64,000 nt of DNA from an uncultured Flavobacteriaceae bacterium (GTDB lineage: Bacteria; Bacteroidota; Bacteroidia; NS11-12g; UBA955), in contig CAZVJY010000001.1 in assembly GCA_964626685.1 (NCBI GenBank), positions 7,683 through 71,682 of the forward strand, given 5' to 3'. The notes below the pieces were generated by a model that saw only the letters and a program-made list of their open reading frames with translations, did no database searches and had not been told where the DNA came from. Position 1 is the first letter of the stretch. The number at the start of each line of letters is the position of its first letter. Shown in pieces: positions 37,122-47,288 of the stretch. A program made the translations under genes and the position numbers.

Positions 37122-37574
37122 AGACCATTTTGGAAGACAAATCTTCCAAACGAGGGTGCAAAAATAACATCTTTACCCCAAGCTTGCAAAAAGGATTTAA
37201 AAATAATGATGCAAATCCGCTATTCGGCCCTAATCACCAGCATCATACACAGTCCACCCCAAAACAGTATGTACAGCCCGGAACCCGCTCCGGGCAGCCG
37301 CAACGACCATCCCCGTCCGTGCAACTCCAATATAAATGGCCTCTGCGAGCCCGACAATCCCATGGTCGGCTTGCCCAATGCCGTTTTATAATCCTGGTTG
37401 CTGTTGTTATCCCAGCGCCAGCTATCCTTCTGCAGTGTAGGAATGGCTTTGCATATAGCATTGAGACGCCGCAGATGCTGGTGCACCTTTTGGTTAGGTG
37501 CATGGACCATGTCATTCCCAAAATAGCCCTTGCCGGTGATACCCCTGGACAAAGGCGTCGCCTGACTTATGCTA

Positions 37575-38957
37575 TCACTTTCCGATACAGAATTTACCAA
37601 AGATGCTTCCCAGCAGATCCTCGGTTGTGATCTCACCGGTAATCTCACCCAGCGCAGCCAGGGCTTCTCGCAAATCAAAAGCAAGCATTTCTTTGGATAT
37701 GCCAGCTTCAATCGCTCCTAAAACGCGCAATAGGGCTTCCTCGGCCTTCATAAACGCGTGAAGGTGCCGATGGTTGGTTATCAGTGTTTGATCGCTTAAA
37801 ACAGCTTTATATGCCGTATTCTCATGCAAATAATCACGCAGTCTCTGCCTGTCATTTCGGTTTTTACCGGAGACGCCAATTATCCCTGACGCACCGCCGG
37901 CCATTGCCGCCGCTTGCCATTCACTGTAATCCCAATCCTGAATCAAATCGGTTTTATTACCAACTACCCACACATGCTGCACCTTGCCGGTAAGTTTCCT
38001 AAGATCTTCGGTAAGTTCAATGTGAGTAGTAACAGAAACATCTGCCACATAAAGTACCATGGCACTCCCCTGCATGTACTGCCAGGTTCGTTCTATACCC
38101 ATACGCTCTATCGTGTCTGCAGCCTCGCGTATGCCGGCCGTATCAATTAGCCTGTAACGCATTCCTTCCACCATCAACACATCCTCCAGCGCATCGCGGG
38201 TAGTGCCGGCTATATCTGAAACGATAGCCCTTTCCTCCTGCAGCAACAAGTTAAACAAGGTACTTTTGCCTGCATTGGGTCTGCCAGCAAACACCACCTG
38301 CACGCCTTCCTTCACGGCATTGCCTAACGCAAAGGTTTCCAGCAACGCCCTAATTTTCTCCAGTGCTTCATTTACCTGAGCAATCAGCTCATCCCTGCGG
38401 GCAAATTCCACATCTTCCTCGCTGAAATCCAGCTCAAGTTCTATCAGTGCAGCAAAATCTATCAGCCGTGTACGCATGAGGGATATTTCTTCTGAAATAC
38501 CTCCCCTCAACTGCCCCAATGCAGCCTTGTGCGAAGCTGCAGATTCTGAAGAAATCAAATCTGCAACTGCCTCTGCCTGTGCCAAATCCAGTTTTCCATT
38601 GAGAAAAGCCCTCAAAGTAAATTCACCCGGTTCAGCAGGCCTGGCACCCTGCCTGCATAGAGACTGAATCAGCCTGTCTACTATATAGGGCGAGCCATGC
38701 GTACTGATTTCCACGGTATCGTCGCCGGTATAACCATGCGGAGCCCTGAAAACCGTAAGCAAAGCCTCATCCAATAATCCTTCCTCATCCCACAATGCCC
38801 TGAAATGAGCAGTGTGGCTGTTTACTGAAGAAACAGGTTTTTTCAGCAACCGGTCAACCAGAGATAACACGCCCGGCCCGCTCACACGCACCACGGCCAC
38901 TGCTCCTACACCGGCAGGTGTTGCCCGCGCTACGATAATATCCTGTCTGTTTTTCAA
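37575..38957 (-). CDS. mnmE: tRNA modification GTPase MnmE (TrmE)
   Basis: N-terminus IIVARATPAGVGAVAVVRVSG, G-domain GRPNAGKSTLFNLL and DTAGIRE, and the hallmark C-terminus FCIGK. Confidence 0.9.
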   Translation of the reverse strand: MKNRQDIIVARATPAGVGAVAVVRVSGPGVLSLVDRLLKKPVSSVNSHTAHFRALWDEEGLLDEALLTVFRAPHGYTGDDTVEISTHGSPYIVDRLIQSLCRQGARPAEPGEFTLRAFLNGKLDLAQAEAVADLISSESAASHKAALGQLRGGISEEISLMRTRLIDFAALIELELDFSEEDVEFARRDELIAQVNEALEKIRALLETFALGNAVKEGVQVVFAGRPNAGKSTLFNLLLQEERAIVSDIAGTTRDALEDVLMVEGMRYRLIDTAGIREAADTIERMGIERTWQYMQGSAMVLYVADVSVTTHIELTEDLRKLTGKVQHVWVVGNKTDLIQDWDYSEWQAAAMAGGASGIIGVSGKNRNDRQRLRDYLHENTAYKAVLSDQTLITNHRHLHAFMKAEEALLRVLGAIEAGISKEMLAFDLREALAALGEITGEITTEDLLGSIFGKFCIGK

Positions 38958-39024
38958 CGATACAAAGGTACAAACAAAAAACCCCGGCGGGTGGCCGGGG
39001 CTCTTTGTTTAATGACTATTTTAA

Positions 39025-42000
39025 TTAGTTGGCACGTATCAGGTTCACTGATCCGGATACATACTTCTGTTCTTTGCCCTTGAAACGATAGGTCAATTGA
39101 TAGAAGTAAGTGCCTTCAGGAACCTCAGGGCCATCGTTATTCACTTGACCATTCCAGCCAATCTTGGGATTTTCGGTGCGGAACACACGCTCACCCCAGC
39201 GGTTGAAGATTTTAAGTTCGAAGAGATCCTGGCCCTGGATTGGCACTCGGTAGGTATCATTTTTACCGTCGGCTTTTCCGGGAGTAAATACGTTAGCCAG
39301 ATAGATGAACAAATCAACTACAACCGGCTTACAAATTGTATCTACACATCCTGAGGCATTTTTCGCAATCAGACACACCCAGTATTTACCGCTGCTGTCA
39401 TAAGAGTAGCAAACCTTCTTGTCGTTGCTGTTATTTTGCTCGAAGAAGTCTTTAGGCAGGGTGTTCTTGATATCGTTTGCGTGAGAGAAGCCCCAGCGCC
39501 ACTGCGTGCCATTTACATCCGTGCGGGTAAAGCAGAAGTCAGGCTTACCACTCGAATCTATATCAAAGTCCGCTTTTACGCTGTCAACCAGGAAGGTATC
39601 AATCACAGCTGGCGTGGGACAGTAAGGTTGAGGATGGGTAATTCCGTAATCTGCCAAATGTGTAACCCGATATTGGCCTGGCACAGTAAACTGGCGTTTG
39701 TAATTTTTCGTAGTCACCGTTACAGTATCAACCTTACCTGTGCTCAGGTTTTCAAACCGCCATTTGTAGGACTTAAAGATGGTATCCGAATTGTCAACAA
39801 ATTCGTTTGAATCATTAGGACAAATAGCAGGCTTAACAATAAATCCTCTAACCGTGTCGCGCTTAATTACATTCACGATAAAAGCCTTTTGACCACCGGC
39901 GGTATCAGGGAAAGTAGCGGGGCAGAAACGTTTCAGGTTTGGCGGAATGAACAAGGTATCATACTGCTCAAGGAATACGAAGTATTTACCAGGCTTATTG
40001 TAAACATGGGTAATAAATGTATCCTTTTTGTTGGCAACAGCACCATCACCAAACAACCAGTTCCAGTCAGCACCATTGGTAGCCGAATCGGTCATATTTT
40101 TGAATCTAACAGGGTTTCCTACGCAGATGGTGATCTCATTTCCTGCAAAATCTGCATATTCAAATCTGGGACGGGGACCTGGAATTTTAATCCAGCGCTT
40201 GATGGTATCTGCGCAACCCTGGTCAGTTGTGGCAAACAGGGTTATCTGGAACCAGCCATTTCTTGTGTACTTGTGCGCAAGACTTGGTGGCAACAGCTCG
40301 TCAGAAGATTTTGAACGGGAGAAATAGTTTGTTTTTCCATCACCCCAGTCAATAAAATACTCACGAATAAAATCACACTCAATCGGAGCCGGACCGTTAC
40401 AGTTCTTGATAGCCCAGTTACATGGATCAAAAAGTTTAGTACTGTCAAACAATTCTATAATTGAGTTACAGGATGGAACTGCAAGATTCAAGGCAAAGTT
40501 TACATCCAGACGGCTTATGAATAGGCGACGAGTCAATGTATCACGACAACCAGTTGAGTCACCCACAGCCACACGGAATGTATAAACACCGGAGTCATTC
40601 TTGTAGTAAATGGTCTTGGGATCAGTAGGACCGCCACCGAGCTGGAACCAAGGAGAAGTCAAAGTACCTACCCCTACTGCGCCGTAAGGAGCGCCACCGA
40701 AACGGGTAGCTGCATTATTGGGATCATCATCCTTTTTGCTCCAATCCCAGCGAGTAAATGACTCACGGTTAGGCACACCGGCAAAGATATCTGCCTGACG
40801 CTTTGCATCACGCCAGTAATCAAATGGATCCCAGGTTCCTACTTGCGGATCGGGGTGGAAATAACGAAGGTCCAGCCTTGCACTCAGGTTGGTTGCCTGA
40901 TCCTGACATATAGTTGAGTCAGGTAATTCAATAAAGGCGGCAAAACCTACTATCACAGGAAGCGCGAGGAATTCATCACACTTACCGTTTGCAGATGTCA
41001 TACTCAATTCAACAGTATGGAATCCAGCCCAGGGTGAGCGGAAAGTGTATGCCTTCAGTTTATTACCGCCAACAACAGCAGAATCCAAAGGACGGATATT
41101 GGTGTCTCTGGGGTGAATAATTTTCTTAAAGTTGGTATCAGGTCTAAGGTAGAAGCGAATGAAACGACCGAAACCATTGGTATCGATACAACCTTCAGCG
41201 CCGGTGGCAGGCTGACCGATGATCCCTTTGTTGTTCCAAATCATGCGGGTAATCTGGGCTGCATCGAGAGCAAATGGATCAAAGCCACGTGATTCAACAC
41301 GTTCCTTAATTCTATCCCAGACAGCAGAAACATCGGCTGCGGTGTCCCATTTGCCAATAATGGCTGTAACAATGGTATCAGGGGTTTTATCCAATTTCCC
41401 GCCATGTTTTCCGTCATCCCACGCAACTGCACGGTCATTTCTGGAGTCATCCTGCCATTCCATTGAACAAGGAACGGGCTCAGGTCGGGTTTCGAAACGG
41501 CTCTGAATAAGTATGTTGTAAATCTTATTACTGCTTGAATCTTTAAGACGAATACCTCTTTGATAATCTTCAACAATCTGGTAATTCCACTGCTTGCTGT
41601 ATGAAGGACTAGCATTGCCGGTACCAAACTGCCAGCGCAGGCTCTTCAAATCATCGGTCTTGGTCTTATTATTGGCTACTGGTCTAACCACCACGCGATC
41701 GTTCTTACAAATCTTGCGAACGCCGGCAGAATTAGGAGTAGGAGTAACAATCTCAAATGAAGGATCAATTACGGGGAAGCAGGCAAACTTATCGTAGTAC
41801 TGGGTATCAGCACACAAGGGAGGATCACCAACGGTTCCACCTTTGGCCACACCATTACCTACGATAATTCCTACCGTAATACAGCCATTGGGGTTACATA
41901 CCTCAGCTGCTGTATATTGCTTGGAGAACCTTGAAGGCGGGTTTGATGCTATCTGATAACCCATGTAAGGCATACCGGGAGGCCTGTTACCTGGTGTCAA

Positions 42001-44376
42001 ACCGGATGTCAGGGTAGTCCAGGTGGTGGGCTTGCAGAAAGTATCATAGTTGATGCCTACATAAGAGAAAGTACAACCCGGTTTTAGGTCACTCAAAATA
42101 AACGTGATACCGTACTGCTGGTTTTTACTGCCAAGACACTCGATCGCATCTTTCACCAGACCGGATCCTACCCCGCCGGCATTGGCATGAAGCATAGACA
42201 ACTGTTTGGTGGCTTCAGAAGTACACTTAAGCGGGTGGCAGGTATCGTAGTGCGTCAGTCTTACGTTGTTACACTGGGGAATTCTTGCATAGTAAAGCTC
42301 TCTCCAGCGCTTGTAATCCACTTTGTAATCCAGTCCTGCTGTTCCGGGGAAGGTACGTTTGATAAATCCAACGATTCTGGGATTTTCACCTTTCTTGGTG
42401 CGTATGCGCAGCAAGGGTGCCGGCAGGGTATCCTTTTTCAGGAAAACGGTAAACAGGAACCGGAATGAATCAGTTTTGCTTGTCAGTTTTATCACCTGTC
42501 TTGGTGCTAGACTTAAAGTTTTGGGACCTATGTGACGTGTAAACGGACCATTTTGGGGACCTACAAAAGCGGTATCACCAGCCTTTAGCTCCACATCTAC
42601 ATTGTTCGTAATAAAGCGTTCTGCCGGACCTTTAATCCCTTTTTCCCAGAGGAAGGTTTTTGTCTTGTTGGCAGCATATTTGGGCTGGTTCGCCAGAATA
42701 CTGTCAGCCATACTCTTGGGAACCACCAGCAAAGTATCTTCTATGATAAAGTTGGTGTCAGAAGGCCAAATATTGATACGCTTACAAAGCTTGCTGCTCT
42801 CGATAAAAATAGCATCCTCCATAGGCGCATTTTTAAAGTCGGATAGCATTACCAGATCCCAGCTCTTGTAGTAATGTGAGGGGAGCGAATCATGACTGTA
42901 TTGACAGTTAACATTTACGTTTTTGTTATTCAAACGGTCAGTGGTACATCTCGGAGCATAGTTGTCTCCAAAATTCCAAATTCTCACAGCGCATACTCGC
43001 TGACGGAACAAGGGATCAACAAAACCACGGGGCCTAACCCAAGTTTGGCTGTTGTCAAATACATGTCCGGGGTGATTGTTTCCTGGCCACTTTTTGAATG
43101 TACTGTCATCATTCCACATGTTTTTATCGTTGTGATAGAACTTGGAAAAGTTCTTAAAGTGAACCGTATCCTGTACATCTTTGGGACACTGGAAAACCTC
43201 AAACTCAGCAATGCGGTTAAACGGAATTTCAATAGTCGATTGAGGACCAATAATCATTATTGTATCGAATGCCCTTTTGGTTCTGGTTCTTCCACCACAT
43301 ACAATATCATAGGTAAATGATATTTGAAAAGGACCGAGCCCGCTGAAGGCATGCTCAGCAGAATAGGTTCGGTTGTTAAAGTTTAACGGACCTGTGGGGG
43401 GATCTCCGAAATTCCAGAGGAAACTGGATATACCTACCACAGGCTGAGGTACCAGGCTGAATTTAATATTGGGATCGGAAATACAGGTAGAATCTCTGTC
43501 AGCCACAATCTGATACTCCCCTTTAAGCACCTGCGCAGCCGCCTTCATCTCGAATGAATCAATACAACCATCGGTGGTTTCAATAATCATTTTGATATTG
43601 TAAACACCGGGAGACGTATACTTCTTCTGAATATTGGGGCCCCATTGGTTACTGGTTGTACCATCACCCCAAAACCAGGTGATTGTCTTTACCTTACTTT
43701 GGGCAATCCTAGAAATATTTCTGATTAGCGCTGTTACTGAGTCGCAGTCTACAGGCTTATTACTGGTAAACGCCGGACCGATTGCTTCACGCACTTTGGC
43801 TGCACAGCTGATGGTATCACTTGCCGCGCAACCATTGGCATCTGTATATTCCACATAGAGATCAAAACAACCTCCGCGTACATCCTTGATCGAGTAACAG
43901 AAAGGATTAATAGCACTGCTGTTCTGGAAAAACTGACCGTCACCCACAACATACTTGGCAGAACGAATGGGAGATCCATTGGGGTTCTTGGTTGAATCAC
44001 TGAAACAGAAAAGGTTGCCCCGGAAACACTGTTCGGGCTGGCTTATCAATTTTAAATTGGGCACAGGGCTTGTCTTGATGGTAAGCTGAATAATCGAAGT
44101 ACATCTTGAACCGTTGATGGTAGTAATGTACCGGATATTCTTAAGTCCTGGAGTTTTAAAGGCATAATTCAGGTTTCTGAGGCCTGAAGATGTATTTTCA
44201 CCATTAAAATCCCAGTCATGGGTTGTGCCTGTACTTGCTCCTGTAAAAGCGATAGGCGAACCAACGCATAATGCCCCACTGTACTGAATGGTGCACTGTG
44301 CCGTGGCATAGCTGCCTGCAAACAGCAGGGCAATAACCGGCACAATTTTTTTGAAGATGGCTGTATAACCTTTCAT
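39025..44376 (-). CDS. Very large secreted adhesin-like protein with PKD-like repeats and a T9SS type-B C-terminal domain (gliding-motility-associated CTD)
   Basis: The start was set at MKGYTAIFKKIVPVIALLFAGSYATAQ (signal peptide). The C-terminus ANVFTPGKADGKNDTYRVPIQG...YFYQLTY matches the type-B CTD consensus (FTPNGDGxND). It is about 1783 aa and Gly/Thr/Asp-rich. Confidence 0.7.
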   Translation of the reverse strand: MKGYTAIFKKIVPVIALLFAGSYATAQCTIQYSGALCVGSPIAFTGASTGTTHDWDFNGENTSSGLRNLNYAFKTPGLKNIRYITTINGSRCTSIIQLTIKTSPVPNLKLISQPEQCFRGNLFCFSDSTKNPNGSPIRSAKYVVGDGQFFQNSSAINPFCYSIKDVRGGCFDLYVEYTDANGCAASDTISCAAKVREAIGPAFTSNKPVDCDSVTALIRNISRIAQSKVKTITWFWGDGTTSNQWGPNIQKKYTSPGVYNIKMIIETTDGCIDSFEMKAAAQVLKGEYQIVADRDSTCISDPNIKFSLVPQPVVGISSFLWNFGDPPTGPLNFNNRTYSAEHAFSGLGPFQISFTYDIVCGGRTRTKRAFDTIMIIGPQSTIEIPFNRIAEFEVFQCPKDVQDTVHFKNFSKFYHNDKNMWNDDSTFKKWPGNNHPGHVFDNSQTWVRPRGFVDPLFRQRVCAVRIWNFGDNYAPRCTTDRLNNKNVNVNCQYSHDSLPSHYYKSWDLVMLSDFKNAPMEDAIFIESSKLCKRINIWPSDTNFIIEDTLLVVPKSMADSILANQPKYAANKTKTFLWEKGIKGPAERFITNNVDVELKAGDTAFVGPQNGPFTRHIGPKTLSLAPRQVIKLTSKTDSFRFLFTVFLKKDTLPAPLLRIRTKKGENPRIVGFIKRTFPGTAGLDYKVDYKRWRELYYARIPQCNNVRLTHYDTCHPLKCTSEATKQLSMLHANAGGVGSGLVKDAIECLGSKNQQYGITFILSDLKPGCTFSYVGINYDTFCKPTTWTTLTSGLTPGNRPPGMPYMGYQIASNPPSRFSKQYTAAEVCNPNGCITVGIIVGNGVAKGGTVGDPPLCADTQYYDKFACFPVIDPSFEIVTPTPNSAGVRKICKNDRVVVRPVANNKTKTDDLKSLRWQFGTGNASPSYSKQWNYQIVEDYQRGIRLKDSSSNKIYNILIQSRFETRPEPVPCSMEWQDDSRNDRAVAWDDGKHGGKLDKTPDTIVTAIIGKWDTAADVSAVWDRIKERVESRGFDPFALDAAQITRMIWNNKGIIGQPATGAEGCIDTNGFGRFIRFYLRPDTNFKKIIHPRDTNIRPLDSAVVGGNKLKAYTFRSPWAGFHTVELSMTSANGKCDEFLALPVIVGFAAFIELPDSTICQDQATNLSARLDLRYFHPDPQVGTWDPFDYWRDAKRQADIFAGVPNRESFTRWDWSKKDDDPNNAATRFGGAPYGAVGVGTLTSPWFQLGGGPTDPKTIYYKNDSGVYTFRVAVGDSTGCRDTLTRRLFISRLDVNFALNLAVPSCNSIIELFDSTKLFDPCNWAIKNCNGPAPIECDFIREYFIDWGDGKTNYFSRSKSSDELLPPSLAHKYTRNGWFQITLFATTDQGCADTIKRWIKIPGPRPRFEYADFAGNEITICVGNPVRFKNMTDSATNGADWNWLFGDGAVANKKDTFITHVYNKPGKYFVFLEQYDTLFIPPNLKRFCPATFPDTAGGQKAFIVNVIKRDTVRGFIVKPAICPNDSNEFVDNSDTIFKSYKWRFENLSTGKVDTVTVTTKNYKRQFTVPGQYRVTHLADYGITHPQPYCPTPAVIDTFLVDSVKADFDIDSSGKPDFCFTRTDVNGTQWRWGFSHANDIKNTLPKDFFEQNNSNDKKVCYSYDSSGKYWVCLIAKNASGCVDTICKPVVVDLFIYLANVFTPGKADGKNDTYRVPIQGQDLFELKIFNRWGERVFRTENPKIGWNGQVNNDGPEVPEGTYFYQLTYRFKGKEQKYVSGSVNLIRAN

Positions 44377-44515
44377 AATATTTGTTTTCCTTTTTTGGGA
44401 AGCCTCAAAAATATCGTTTTTGGAGGAATTTTCAACATTCACACCGATATTTTTTTGGTCATCTTTTTGTTTTATCGCATTCATCTGCATGGTAAAATTT
44501 TCTGTTAATATTCAT

Positions 44516-45565
44516 TTATCTGTTTAAAATCACGGACTTGGTATACGTTACAGATTGCTTTGCTGTAGCCGTTTTGTAGGTCACAAAAACCCTGTATGTG
44601 CCTGATGGACAATCATCTGAAGCACTTTTCCCGTTCCAGCGATGCGCAGGATTATTGCTCGTAAATACCTGTTTTCCATTTTTGTCCGTAACAATCATAT
44701 TGAACTGCACTGACTCCGGCAGGGTAATCACGAGTTCGTCATTTAACCCATCTCCATTGGGTGTAATTACATCGGGTATGCTGAGTCCTTTGTGTAGCTG
44801 TCGAGTTACAACCCTGTAAACACCTGAATCCATACAGCTCGCAGACCTAAATACCAGCACCTTAACTTCATATTCTGCATTCACATCGGCATACTGGTGC
44901 TGTACCGGATTACCGGTTCCTGTTTCACCATCACCGAAAAACCAGGAGCAATGCGATCCGGCAGGCACAACAGGAATACTGAAAGACCAGTTATTATCAC
45001 CACTGGCTTTTCCTGCCGCAACTTTCAAAAGCCTTCCACACAAAGGGATTGAGTTGACACTATGTTCCTCCACCAGAAGCGGACCAGCATTTTTTACCTG
45101 GTCTGCAGGTTGGATAGCCTGATCTCTACCGTCCGCTGATACTTCGGCAGAAACAAGATCTGATTGGGTTGTCATTTCGGACGGTTTGCTTTGTTCGTTG
45201 TTTGCCGGTTTTAACGGAATTGACTGCTGCACCTTTGCCTCTTCTCCTTGACTGATCTGCATATTTTGATTGGCAGCATCTCCTTTGGCAGGCAATTCAG
45301 CGGAAGGTGTTTTAGCAGTTTGCTCTACAACAGCCGGGGATTCCTGCTTTTCAGACGAAAAAACTGCAACCAGACCACCAACAAGAATACAACCCGAAAC
45401 AACCCAGGTCCACACAGATTTTACCACCACGGAAATAAGTCCGGTCGGGGCTGCGGCGGGCAAACCTGCAGAAACAGCCTCCCATACACCCGAAGGAGGC
45501 GTCAGTCCGCCATCTTTTAATCCGTTCCGGAACAATTCATCTATGGGATTTTGTTCGTTGGTCAT
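44516..45565 (-). CDS. Membrane-anchored protein with a T9SS type-B C-terminal domain, in the position of an anti-sigma factor
   Basis: A ~40-aa cytoplasmic N-terminus followed by the TM helix ISVVVKSVWTWVVSGCILVGGLVAVF. The C-terminus IPDVITPNGDGLNDELVI...GTYRVFVTY is a type-B CTD. The gene lies 3 bp downstream of an ECF sigma gene. Confidence 0.6.
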   Translation of the reverse strand: MTNEQNPIDELFRNGLKDGGLTPPSGVWEAVSAGLPAAAPTGLISVVVKSVWTWVVSGCILVGGLVAVFSSEKQESPAVVEQTAKTPSAELPAKGDAANQNMQISQGEEAKVQQSIPLKPANNEQSKPSEMTTQSDLVSAEVSADGRDQAIQPADQVKNAGPLLVEEHSVNSIPLCGRLLKVAAGKASGDNNWSFSIPVVPAGSHCSWFFGDGETGTGNPVQHQYADVNAEYEVKVLVFRSASCMDSGVYRVVTRQLHKGLSIPDVITPNGDGLNDELVITLPESVQFNMIVTDKNGKQVFTSNNPAHRWNGKSASDDCPSGTYRVFVTYKTATAKQSVTYTKSVILNR

Positions 45566-45568
45566 GAT

Positions 45569-46114
45569 TTATCGGTTTCCGCTGAGTTTTAACTGCAACA
45601 TTCTTCTGGCCTTAAAAAGCTGGGTTTTACTGGTGTTTTCGCTAATGCCAAGGAGTTCTGCAATTTGCCCATGGTTGTAACCTTCAATCGCATAGAGGTT
45701 AAATACGGTTCGGTAACCCACGGGCAGTGTCTGCAATATATCAAGAAGATCTTTCAGACCAAGTGCCGGAAACACAGAGGCATCCGCACCCATCTCTACG
45801 TGATTGTCAAGCTCATCGGTATACGGTTCCTGTTTTAGTTTTTTAATAAAATCAAGACAGGTTGTTACGGCAATACGTTTTGCCCAACCCTCGAAAGAGC
45901 CCTGAAATCTGAATTTACTCAGACTTTCAAACAACTTTATGAAGGATTCCTGCAACATGTCTTTGGCGTTATCAGCAGATCCGCAATACCGCATACAAAT
46001 GGCGTACATTACCGGTGCATACTTTTGATACAGCGCTTGCTGGGAACGGGTATCCCCACCCAAACAGGCCCTGACCAGTTCGCTCTCCGTGATGTCCGCA
46101 TTCAATGATGCCAT
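45569..46114 (-). CDS. ECF-type RNA polymerase sigma-70 family factor
   Basis: Region 2 YAICMRYCGSADNAKDMLQESFIKLF and region 4 YRTVFNLYAIEGYNHGQIAELLGISENTSKTQLFKARRMLQ. Confidence 0.8.
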   Translation of the reverse strand: MASLNADITESELVRACLGGDTRSQQALYQKYAPVMYAICMRYCGSADNAKDMLQESFIKLFESLSKFRFQGSFEGWAKRIAVTTCLDFIKKLKQEPYTDELDNHVEMGADASVFPALGLKDLLDILQTLPVGYRTVFNLYAIEGYNHGQIAELLGISENTSKTQLFKARRMLQLKLSGNR

Positions 46115-46190
46115 GCAGGTATTTCATAGACCCTGAATACCCTAAAGAAGAATTGCGGTATCAAAGGGTTGCTTGCGTTTGAAAATATTT

Positions 46191-47288
46191 TTAAAACAGC
46201 TTACTTATCTTGAATGACAAATCGGTAAAGATCATTTTGATGTTGCCATTTCGTTCTACTTCATAAACAGCAGCATCCAGTGCCTCGAATATGCTGACTA
46301 TTTTTTTATTGGATAAAAGTTTACCCAGTTTTGACACAAACTCTTTTTCACTATCATTGAGCCCGTTTCTTTCACCGAGGTAATCCATCACAGTGATTGC
46401 TCTCATAATTTCGATGCCATAAAGCAGTAGTCCTTTTATGTATTCCCTGCCTCTCCCGCTAATCTCCTCTGTCCATTTGGACGACTGGTATAAATTCTTC
46501 TTATAGCAATAAAGCATCCACTGCCTGAATGGTTCCATATACGGACTTTCGGCATTGGAAACCAGTTCCAGGGCTTTAAGCAAATCACCTCCCGACATCA
46601 TGGAAAAACGGGAAGCATCTTCGGTGGAAATTTCCAGGGTAGCTGATAAATGGCTGGCCAGATCAGACTCATCAATGGGAGGTACACGCACGAGCTGCGT
46701 GCGCGAAACAATAGTGCTGAGCAATTTATCCGGCTGGCTACACACTAGTAAAAACAAGGTGTCCGGAGGAGGTTCTTCTAAAAATTTCAGCAGCACATTG
46801 CCTTCCTTTCCCAGGTATTCCGGCAACCAGAGCAGTAAAATCTTGTACTTGCTCTCATATGCTTTCATGGAAAGGTTCCTGATAATAGCCCGGCATTCCA
46901 GTATGGGTATATTTCCTTGCTTGTTTTCAGCATTCAGCTGCCGCATCCATGATTCATAGCTAAGGTAGGGTTGTGTCTGCAAAGCCTTTCTCCACTGGGG
47001 ATATAAATCCACACAGGTATCCCCCAGCGTAGATGGAAACGGAAATGAAAAATGCAAATCGGGGTGGGTAAAAGATTGCATCTTTTTGCAGGCATCACAG
47101 GTACCACAGCTGTCTTCGGGTGTGGGGTTTTTGCACAGCAAATAGGATGCAAAGGCCAAAGCAACGGGTAAGTTTCCGGCACCGGAATGGCCGAGAACCA
47201 GCTGCGCATGTGGCACCCTACCGCCAGCGGCGATAGAAGCCAGCTTGGCTTTCAGTGCATGTTGTCCTGCAACCTGATTAAACTGCAT
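46191..47288 (-). CDS. holB: DNA polymerase III subunit delta' (clamp-loader AAA+ subunit)
   Basis: FNQVAGQHALKAKL...HAQLVLGHSGAGNLPVALAFASYLLC, followed by the zinc module CGTCDACKK. The start was set at the internal MQFNQ. Confidence 0.65.
   Translation of the reverse strand: MQFNQVAGQHALKAKLASIAAGGRVPHAQLVLGHSGAGNLPVALAFASYLLCKNPTPEDSCGTCDACKKMQSFTHPDLHFSFPFPSTLGDTCVDLYPQWRKALQTQPYLSYESWMRQLNAENKQGNIPILECRAIIRNLSMKAYESKYKILLLWLPEYLGKEGNVLLKFLEEPPPDTLFLLVCSQPDKLLSTIVSRTQLVRVPPIDESDLASHLSATLEISTEDASRFSMMSGGDLLKALELVSNAESPYMEPFRQWMLYCYKKNLYQSSKWTEEISGRGREYIKGLLLYGIEIMRAITVMDYLGERNGLNDSEKEFVSKLGKLLSNKKIVSIFEALDAAVYEVERNGNIKMIFTDLSFKISKLF

Noticed and set aside
37095-37711. ORFs 37095-37391 (+), 37130-37630 (+) and 37220-37711 (-)
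   Set aside because: The + strand ORFs have Pro/Arg/Gln-rich non-protein-like translations in a GC-rich spacer. The minus ORF as listed begins inside mnmE in another frame. Only its downstream portion (37220-37510) is retained, as a low-confidence observation.
39097-43858. Numerous 70-140 aa ORFs on the + strand
   Set aside because: They are antisense shadow ORFs within the 5.3-kb T9SS adhesin gene on the minus strand.
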